A stretch of DNA of 64,000 bases from Spizellomyces punctatus DAOM BR117 (lineage: Eukaryota). Below the pieces are notes generated by a model. It did not search any database. It was not told the origin of the DNA and saw only the letters and a list, made by a program, of their open reading frames with translations. The stretch lies in NCBI GenBank assembly GCA_000182565.2, contig KQ257459.1; one strand, 5' to 3'. Below are positions 54,257 to 64,000 of this stretch, piece after piece (position 1 is the stretch's first letter; each line of letters starts with the position of its first letter). The position numbers were made by a program, and so were the translations under genes.

Positions 54257-56312
54257 TTAAAAAGGAACCAATGTCGTCGCACCTTTATCATCGGGCAAAG
54301 GTAGATTCTTCATTGCCAGCAGGCATCCAAATATTGGTATCAACACACAGAGCGACACAATATTGATTCTCTTTGTAACATATGTGTAAGCATCGCTAAT
54401 ACCGGGATATTCTGCCAAAGATTCGCGGGCGAAAGTGACGTCCCCAAGGATCTCTGATAGCGCATCTGCAGGAATCCCATTGGCGGCAAGTTGGTTTGGC
54501 ATCATGTTGGTCCACATAGATCCTGCAATGGCGCTGCCGATGGCGCCTCCGATTGCCGCGATACTGAGATATATGCCTGTAACGATACCAACATCTAAAT
54601 TTGCAATGGTGAGCCAAAACATTGAACGGACAGGTTCAGCGGTAACGAAGCACCAACCTTGATGAGGGACAGCGGCCTGCGCTCCAACCTGCGTGGCACA
54701 GGTAATCATCCCAGCACCTAACCCAGCCAGAATTTGCGAAAAGACAATTTCGACCGCTGCGTTCTCGGGACCTCTGAAGTTCACCATCAAACCGTTGCCA
54801 ATCATATTGATTGCGACGCCAATATATGCCCAAATGAGAAATCGTTTATGGAACTTCATGACAAGACCGAGAAGAATGGATGACCCCACAGAGGCAAACA
54901 TCCAGCCGTTCGTGATCCATTGCGCCTTGTCAAAGTCAATTCCACGAGTGAGGTAGAGATAGGACGTCAGATATGAGTTGTACAGGAACCACGACATGAA
55001 GATGAAGAAGACAGATAGGAGACCGCCAAGGACGGTACGGTTTTTGATCATTCGAACAGGAACGATGGGGTATGTGGCAAAGTACTTTTCCCAAAAGATG
55101 AGTAGTACGTGCAGAACGACACCAGAAACGATCATTGCAATAACGGATCCTACGGAAATCATATTACGGTTAGACACCGGGGGCAAGCATGCAAAAATCA
55201 AGTGACTCCAAGCATACCACTTCTCCATCCGTCGTCGTAAGATGTCGCTCGTAGCAGCGGGAACAGTATCAAAGACCATGCACCGGCAAGCAGAAGCACA
55301 CCGACGAGATCCATTCCCATAACCAACTCCATAACAAAATTCTTATTCCATTGGATAGCCGGTCGGACTTTGCCGAGTTTTTTTGCTTTGTGCTCAGCAT
55401 GCCACAGTCCACCGATGACCAGAGCTGATACGACGGGCATGAGGATGATCATTATACCCATGGTCCAGCGCCAGTTGTCGGGAAGGAAGGCAACAGCATA
55501 GATGGGTCCAACCCAGGCGTTGATGATGAAGGGAAAGTCGGGGAGAGATGATAGAAAACCGCGATTGGCAAGTGTAGTGGTATCTGGAAAGCATCGTTGA
55601 ATGAGTCAATACTTAAATGCCCTGACAGGTGTACGGACATCCGACAAAAAGATAGCTTACCAGCGATGATCAGCTGTTGCATCATGTAGATACCGGATGT
55701 TCCGATGCTATACAAAACAGATGCTCCCTGTATCCAGCAGAAAATATAAGCAAAGCGAGATTACAGCAGGAATCGGCGGGCAATTTAACTCACCGCAAAT
55801 CCTGAATAGTTTGTTACAAGACACATTGTAATGTATCCCACGATATAGCACACCAGACTAAAAATATAGGCTTCCATACGTCCGAATGTATCGGCAAGTT
55901 TGACGATGGGGAACTTGGATACAGCGTTGATAATTTGGTTGATGATTGGAAGGACGGTTAGCATGGAGTGGGCGGAGAAGGAACTTGTGATAAAAGGCTC
56001 GAGTGTCCAGAATGATTGTCCGTCAAGACTGGAGATGTATGCAACTAATAAAAGACTACAACAGCGGAGAGACATGAGCTATGGGCAATACACAGCCAAA
56101 ACAGCCCATATTGTGACTGTGTTGGTCGCGCTGTATTTTCAGCAGAAAATCTCTTACCCAATGTACATGACCCAAAAGTCTACCTTGCCAAAGGCGGTCT
56201 TGATGGCCTCTACATTTTTGACACCAGCTTGCGTGGGCACTGGTTCACTGGATGTCGAATCCGTGTCAACCATGACTTTGGAGGGTGCATGTTGAAGAGT
56301 TGCTTCCGACAT
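54257..56312 (-). CDS. MFS siderophore-iron transporter (SIT/ARN family), multi-exon
   Basis: SSFSAHSML..INAVSKFPIVKLADTFGRMEAY, IIADTT, NWRWTMG, MDLVGVLL, QAAVPHQDVGIVT..IGGAIGSAIAGSMWTN; about 14 TM segments. Confidence 0.85.
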
Positions 56313-57065
56313 GCTTGCAGACAGCAAAGGCTCAAGACTGGAGCGAGGACTGGGAGCTTGAACTTGGGAGGACCGAGGGTATCTCATCAACTGACCATGT
56401 ATTTATAAAGGATTTCAAAAGTCCCCTTTTCTGGTTTGAAAAGCAAGTAAATGCTCTATTTATTAGATGGTTTATATGGTTTTTTATTTGCAACTCCCTG
56501 CTAGAGCGGGATGAAGATGAAGTCTGAGGATTGGAGAGTAACTTCCGATCACACATCTTTTTTCAATCGGAAGTCTGTCCGGTTTAAAGCTGAAATCCAG
56601 TTGGGCAACGCGTCCGAACGGAAGCCGTCCAATCCGGAATTAAATTTAAAGTTTCGCTCACAAACTTAAACCCGTAATTACATTCACGCGCTAACCTTAA
56701 ATTCCGATCGCCGGAAAAGTGCCGGGGGGTTTCCTGCAAAAGAACTGCCTTCACACGGCCCCGCCCATCATCCAATGGGTTGAGTACGCCAATTTCTGAG
56801 TAAGCGTGGCGTGTAAACGGTCAGGCGGATTGTTTGAAAAGGACCAACACTTTGGAAAAAACCTGGCTGAGCAAGGGGGGCCTGGGATTTACAAGTACTG
56901 CTCCTAGGGGACCTCCCAAGGATACAGGTTATAACTTGTTTTGGGCGCTGGATAGCAAAGATTACCCGCCCGCCATTCGCACATCTATCTGTCCATCTGT
57001 CCAGGATATATAGAATATGATACATGTCCAAATTATATATGACACACTTTCTAGATTACAGTGTT

Positions 57066-60000
57066 CTAGCTGGTCCCTCTCATGTCTATCGTTTGCTGCT
57101 CAACCATAGCCCAATATTTTCCTTTGATTGTCATGAGTTCTGCATGCGTCCCCTGCTCCGCGACCTGGCCCTCCTCGAGAACAAAAATCTGATCAGCATG
57201 TTGCACGGTCGAAAGGCGGTGTGCGATAGCAATAGTCGTACGGCCAATGCAAGCCTTGGATAATGCATCTTGGACGAGCTTTTCGTTTTCAGAATCTAGC
57301 GCAGATGTTGCTTCATCCAAGAGGAGAATCTATAGGACAAAATTTACAAGGTTGTTATGATCGCGGTTTCCAACTTGAATTCAGAGTGATAAAAATCACG
57401 CTAAAGGTACTACTTGCCTGTGGGTCGCGAATTAATGCTCTTGCGATTGCAATCCTTTGGCGTTGTCCCCCACTTAACCTTGCACCCTTTCCCCCACAGT
57501 CTGTGTCATATCCATCTGGCAAGGACATGATAAAGTCATGCATGCCAACGTCTTTGCATACCCTAATCACATCATCCTGCGTCGCATCGTCCCGATCTGT
57601 GCCAAGAAGGATATTGAAGGCGATGGATCCTTGATAAAGCGCCGGTTCTTGGTTCACCAGTGCAATGCGATGGCGATGAGAGCGAATAGGTAGTGTAGAA
57701 ATTGCTTTGGAGTCGACCAGGATTGTTCCACTTGAGGGATCATAAAAGCTGAAAATCGTCATAAATAAGGTGAGGTCTCGCAGATTTTCAATATGAACGA
57801 GGTGGCACACTCACCGCTCGATAAGGCCAAGAACAGTGCTCTTCCCACATCCGCTCCCGCCCACGAGCGCACAAAAAGATCCAGCCTCAACCCGTAAACT
57901 TAGCCCTTTTAGCACCTCGGTGTCGGGGTTGGTGGGGTAGCTGAACCGTACATCATTTAGCTCGACACTACCAGCTCCTGCCACTTCGTTATAGAGTGAA
58001 TTGCTTGTGTCAGATTCGGTGTCAATTTTTGGCCGCATGTCCAGTATACGAAAGATGTTGACCGCTGCGAGCTTGGCTTTGGTGATATCAGGAGCCAATG
58101 AAAACATTTGACCACACGTTTGTGCGCTGAAGAGAAGTGCCGGTAGGACGACAAAGAGCTGTTTTGAAGTTGCTTCCCCTTGACTAACGAGCCGTGAACC
58201 CCACCTTTAAATACGGTTGTCTGGTTAATCAATGAGGACTTGCAGTATACGGAATATCAGAGTTTCATTAACTCATTACCAGTATGCAAGTCCATAGAGA
58301 AGGTAGGAAACCGTATATGCGAATGCCAGCCAAAAGTTCCCCTTCATAATGGTGCGCAAACACCCTGCATAAGCTTCGCGCAACAGTGAACGGTATTGGC
58401 GAAGGACATCCGCCTCCCTTCCGAGGGCTGCCACAGTTTGAATGGCTCCGACAGCTTCACTTGCAATGGCAGACGATCGGACATATGCTGTTTGGTGCAG
58501 TTCCTAATGGAGTCCAAGTTTGATTAAGAAAGGTAACACTTGCTCGTTCACCGGAATGGAAACGCACATAGAAATCCTCCACGATTTTCACCCGAAGATA
58601 CCCAGCACACAACATCACCGGAACAGCCGTAAGAATCACAATTGCAATCTTCCATGACACAACGAGTGCCAGCACGACAGAAATAATCATATTCGTGCTA
58701 ATGGAACAGACAGTGCCAATAACAACGCCAGTAAGGCCGCTAAAATGGTTGCCATCCGAGTCGAGGGTGGCAGTGATGGTGCTGGGCGAGGTTTCCGCTG
58801 ATTCAAAGAACTCGATATCCTGACGAAGCAGATTGCTGGTAGAAGGTTTGTCAGGGTTGGAAAACACACCGCTGGTGGTTAAAGTTTAAGAGCATTGTAA
58901 GAATATCGTACCGAATTACTTTGGCTCGCACGCGATGTACCATAGTTTCCGAGACCCAACCGAACGCAGCTCCACTAACAAAGTAGGCAACAAACTGTGC
59001 AACGCCGAAGACGAGAAACACTGGGATACAGAAAAGAAGAGTTTCGTAAAAACCCCATCATAGACTTATGCGTGACAGAAAGCTTACGAGCACTATAAAA
59101 CTTTGCTCGACTGAGAACATGATCGGGATCTCCGTCCAAGCTCAAAGAATCAACCAAGTTTGCAAACAACACTGCTTCCACTGACGAGGCGCTCCCAATA
59201 ATTACGGATGCTAAGTGTAGAGGGTTAGAACGCAACACTACAGAGGATTAGGAAAGAGTAACATTACCCAGAAGGCCAATGATGATCCACTTTGTTTCGG
59301 GACTGCTCATCCTCGCCACACGTCGCATTAGCTTTGAGGTACCAATACGCCCAATCTTGTTTCCCAATCCTGGTTGATTTGCTTCTTTGTCTACTTCCAA
59401 GATCTTGCAATCAGTTTCATCTGGCTCTTTTACAACGGTAATCTCATCCGTGCTTGCTGATGCTTCGAATGTGTGGAGAATTTTATTGATAGAAAGGTCC
59501 CCATCATCGTTCAAGCCGGAGGCTGAAAAAGACTGAGCCTGCACAAGGTCATAGTATGCTCCCTGACGGCGCATAAGCTCATTATGCGTTCCTTGTTCCA
59601 CAATTTTGCCGTTAGACATGACCATAATGTTATCCGCATTCTTCACTGTCGCCAGGCGGTGTGCAACAACGACTGTTGTCCTTTGCTTTGAAACACGATC
59701 TAGTGCCTGCTGGACCAGTCTTTCACTGCGAGAGTCGAGTGCAGATGTTGCCTTGTCAGAGTTGGAATAGTTGTTTTGATTAAATGTGAAGAGAAAGTGA
59801 ATTCCCCCGTGGCAAACAAGATCATTACCTCATCTAATAGAAGGATTCTCGGATTGCCAACCACTGCCCTAGCGATAGCAATCCTCTGCTTTTGCCCTCC
59901 ACTTAACCCAGCTCCTCCTTCGCCGACAATCGTCTGGTAGCCTTGGGGTAATCCCTTGATGAACTCGTCCACATTCGCAATTTTTGCTGCTTCCAAACAC

Positions 60001-61704
60001 ATTTTTTCCTTGAATTCTGCAGATGCATTTGCAAAGGGTGTATTTATGAGTCCGTGCCCAATGTTGTCAAGAATCGACGCTTGGAAGAGCGTGGGGGTTT
60101 GCATCACGACTCCCATGTGGCGGCGGACACTGTGAACGTTCAAACGTGGGAGTGGTTGATGATCAAGTAAGACAGTCCCGTTAACAGGATCGTAAAACCT
60201 TTGTAAAAGGGATACTAATGGGATGAACGAACTCGGTGATGAGTATCATGATCCCAATCAAAGACCAAGCGAAACGATGTACAGACCAATGGTTGACTTT
60301 CCCGAACCCGAAGCCCCTACAATAGCAGTAATCTTTCCAGGTGGTATTTTCATCGAGACACCATCCAACACGGTAACGTCTGGCCGACTTGGATAGACAA
60401 ACTTTACACTTTTCAGTTCCATCTCACCCAGACAGTCTGTCACCGGTGTGCCAGCGTTGGGCGAAGAGTCGATAGCGGGCGTTCGATCAATGGCGCTAAA
60501 TAGGCGACTGCCGGCGGCCGCGGCGAAGGAAAACGTCTGAATAAATGGTGCAAATTCGCCGACTACAAGGGAACCTGTTCGATAAAGTACCCAACGTCGT
60601 CAACCACCACCTCAGCAATAAAAGGCCGCCATACAAAGGAGTTGCATTATGTAACTTACTATCCAGGACTAGAAAAATAACTGTATACACCGTTCCTGCA
60701 CCCTCCACGCTGTCTCGCACAATCATTTCCGCCCCCTGCCAGAAAGCCAACGCATTCCCGCAATAAGCGACGAAAAATATGCCACCCAACATGACGGCAC
60801 CGGCGACTGCTTTCTTTACCCCCCATTTTTTTCCTATATCGAGATACCCAGTGTATGCACCAGCAAGCCTGTTTTGCGAGTTAAAGGCTTGGACAACACG
60901 GATATTCGAAAACATTTCTTCCGCCAACGACCCGGCGTTGGACTGGCAGTCTGATGCACGAATTGCATATTTCTCAATGAAATTGGTGCAGAGCGTTACA
61001 ACGAGAGTGAAAGCGGGGACAACACAGAGGAGTATGGCGGTCAGACGGGCGTTCTTGGCGAATCCCACTGCAAAGGCTGAGATCAAGTATGCGATGGATT
61101 GCAGGTAAAGTCCGACCTTTTCTGACGTTCCGTTTTGAATTGTCTGAATGTCGGCCGTCATACGGTTGGTAACTTCACCGGGGGTCGTTGTATCAAAGTA
61201 TGCAATATCCTGACCTAATGTTGTCTTCAAGTACTCTTCCCTTAGCTTTCGAGTGATGCGCTCTCCAATCATGCTCCAGCACACTGAGCAGATGTAAGTA
61301 AAGAGGAAAAACGCAATTGTTACACCTAAGAGGATGCGGAGCTTCAAATTGACAGTGTTTTTGAAGTTGGTCGAAGCTTCTGGCGATAGCGGTTCGCCTT
61401 CTTTGATTTCTGCAAACTCGTTGATCAGTTCCCCAAAAACGATTCCCAAGATGGGAAGGGGTGGCCCGGCGGCTAGTCCAGAGAGGGTTCCTATGAGGAT
61501 GAGGAAGTAGTCTGTGGCTGTCGAGTACTTGAATAAACGGAGGTAGCCGAATCGCCCAGCGCCGGAAGTATCAAGACTTTGCAGCGAGTCTTGCTGCTGT
61601 CGAACAATTTCTTGCTCGCCATTAATAGAGACTGGATTGATTTTAATATCTATTGGAGCATTGGCAGAAGGAGGAAAGGACGATGCAGATTTTGAGTCGT
61701 CCAT
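57066..61704 (-). CDS. Full-length ABCB (MDR/P-glycoprotein) transporter, multi-exon
   Basis: TMD-NBD-TMD-NBD layout: [75 protein letters not shown]. Confidence 0.95.
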
Positions 61705-62710
61705 CTTTGTCCAGGAATGGAGCTTTCCTGTATATCTGCGACAAGGTGCACCAAGTACCTACAATTCTTGTACTGGACACGCTAGAGTAAACTCATATAT
61801 GATTCTGCATGAAAATGATAATGTATTGGATCGGTATAGTCATTTGTCGGGAGCCTTGGTGACGACGTCCATCTTCGGAACGTCGCTTTCAAGACGGCGA
61901 CCATTCCCGAGAAAAAGAAAAAAATAAAAAATAGAAGAAAGCGACACTAAAACTTAATCGACCATCGGGAAATGCAAGGTCGAACACGGTGATAAAGTAA
62001 GCTACGACCCGATCGGGGAGCCGCGGCCAATCGCGCATCTGCGGGTTTCAATTGCCTGGCTTTTTCATACGACTTTTCATAGCACCATATTTTTTTCCTT
62101 TCCTTTCCTTGTAACGCATAGTTGTCTTTCAGAGACGGGAATGCAAAAGAAGCAGAAGGAATGAATTCATATGCAAATTCCGATGGCCAGTGGTACTTGG
62201 GGTGAAACTCAAAGTTGCGGTCGGGTTTTTTACTTCCGATGCATTTGAGATGGTTGGACAGATAGTCTTCCAAGTGCTTTCTTTTGACAAGACACGGCCA
62301 TTCGGGCTTGCAGTTCCAATCAGTTTTTGTCAAACCCACACACGAACATACCCCATCTCTGCTTATAGCCAAACTTATTACCTGGTACATTAAAAAGTTG
62401 TTTGTTCAGATCCGTGGGTGTGCAATGGCATTTCAAAGACATCACCCGACATTGTACATCTTGGTTAGCCAGCCATTTTTGCCCACTGGTCGCAATTGAC
62501 TTCATCTTTTCCGGATCTGCTGCGGATGCACATCTCCAATGAAAGCTCATCGCAGCATGATTCTCCAGCAAAAGCATCCAGTTTGATCTTCCGCCATGTC
62601 CATGATGTCGTCTCATGCAAGAGCCTTCAGCTCCAATATTTCACTTCAGCGTTTCTCACCTGCCCTAATCATCCAGTTCTTGATATCTTGCTAACTTTAC
62701 GCCCCGAATC

Positions 62711-64000
62711 ATGTCGTCCCAAACCCAACAAGCGATCAACTATCGCTCTCCTCGCATTTTGACCCAAATTGGATGGACAACTACGAAAGCCCTCAGATTG
62801 GCTTGTATCAATGCATATGGGGACGAAGGTGATGTCGTTGCTTCCATTGCCCATGTCGCTTGGAAGATCTTCGTTGGCAAAATCCCAAAGGTTAGATTCG
62901 ATTTTGTCTCGCTGCAGGAGAAGATCATTGAGAGATGTCATCATTTTCATACTTACAATGTCCAGACTGCTGCATATCGGCACCTAATAGCCAATGCACA
63001 ACAAGAACTGGAGAACAATGCTCAAGGAGAGTGCACTGCGTATGGCGAATGTGCAGCAGATGCAAATGGACGTCCGCTGCAAGCCGCTTTTCGTGTCCTT
63101 CAACAGAATAGTACGGATGAGCCCATACCTAATGTACAGGTTAGAGCGACATGCCAAAAACAAACTTTGAGCACCATACGACCCACCTGCACTCCCCTAA
63201 CGTGTCATTAACATACCGTCTTTCTAGACTCATATCGTGCTCGAAATGCTCCTCAACGAAGACACATTTGAGTTCCGCGCCATCCTCCACTCGGAGGAGA
63301 TTTCCGACGAGGCTGGAATAACAGTCCTGCGCGAATTAACAAACATAATGCGTGAGATCATCGACATACCCGAAGCAGCAGTAAGATTGCCTGCTAACAG
63401 TACCGATAGTGACCTTACCGCGAGCCTGTTTCCAAACCTCACCGGGAAGATCCATCACCGTGGACATACCGTCAGCCTTGACGCAGTTTCGCACACTTCA
63501 TTCATCATTAAGGACTTGGACGGCCACCTCCGAGCCCTCGAAACCACGCCTGAAACGCTCGGTAAAGCCGCTTGGGCAAAGCTTCTTACTCACTACACTG
63601 GGGAAAACGAGGCTGAATTCGGGTTACTTCGGGGTGACAACGACTGTATTGTCCCAGTCCAGCTTTCTCTAGATGAGATAGACAACAATGTGGCCCTACT
63701 GCAAAAGCTGATGGAACAGGAGCAGGTGGCCAGGATAGACTTAATAGATCGTAGATGTGAGACCCTGCTGCAGTATGGAAGGACGCCCACAGCTATCAAG
63801 TCTCACGGGGTGAGTTTTGACCTTTCAGCTCCCAGCATTCGTATCATGCCATCGCTGTGCTAAAGAAATCTTTTAGACTATCCTCCACTTGATCATGCAC
63901 CCAACAGATGAAATCGATCAGTTCAAGCTCACCGTTCATTATAATGAGAAGCTGTTGCCCCGACGACAAGCCATGTTGCTGCTTCAACAATTTGAGCACG
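62711..64000 (+). CDS. 5' end of a probable non-ribosomal peptide synthetase (degenerate condensation-domain segments); runs off the window
   Basis: Exons 62711-63139, 63228-63809 and 63877 to the end splice in frame. AAWAKLLTHYTGENEAEFG and YNEKLLPRRQAMLLLQQFEH resemble the second half of NRPS C domains. No A domain is visible within the window. Confidence 0.65.

Noticed and set aside
61705..62710. GATA (SreA-type) iron-regulatory sites and the 147-aa ORF in the divergent promoter
   Set aside because: Only an isolated GATAA near 61991, not the extended consensus; the ORF has no recognisable features.

Overview
Compact, intron-rich eukaryotic DNA (GT-AG introns mostly 55-110 nt, two N gaps) from a flagellated fungus. 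An outer-arm axonemal dynein heavy chain together with fungal-type genes points to a chytrid; this is inferred, not proven. About 26 protein-coding loci can be supported, including a PKA catalytic subunit, GalE, NECAP, SelO, GTPBP1/2, thioredoxin, a heme-thiolate peroxygenase, VAP, an RPEL protein, dynein, a SIT-type MFS and an ABCB transporter. The most notable observations are: (1) one gene fusing a secreted-type carboxylesterase with an intact catalytic triad, through a TM helix, to an ABCG half-transporter; (2) the left edge of a probable siderophore NRPS cluster (SIT MFS + ABCB + divergent NRPS-like gene) with a shared TTCCGAT promoter motif; (3) a five-exon orphan gene missed by the ORF track, with repeated S/T-x-Y-x-x-x-Y motifs like flagellar microtubule inner proteins; (4) a 3-nt micro-exon in thioredoxin; (5) a small Cys-rich secreted gene with a decayed tandem copy; (6) several single-base frameshifts in dynein, probably assembly errors. 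No tRNA, rRNA, CRISPR array or recognisable transposon was seen.
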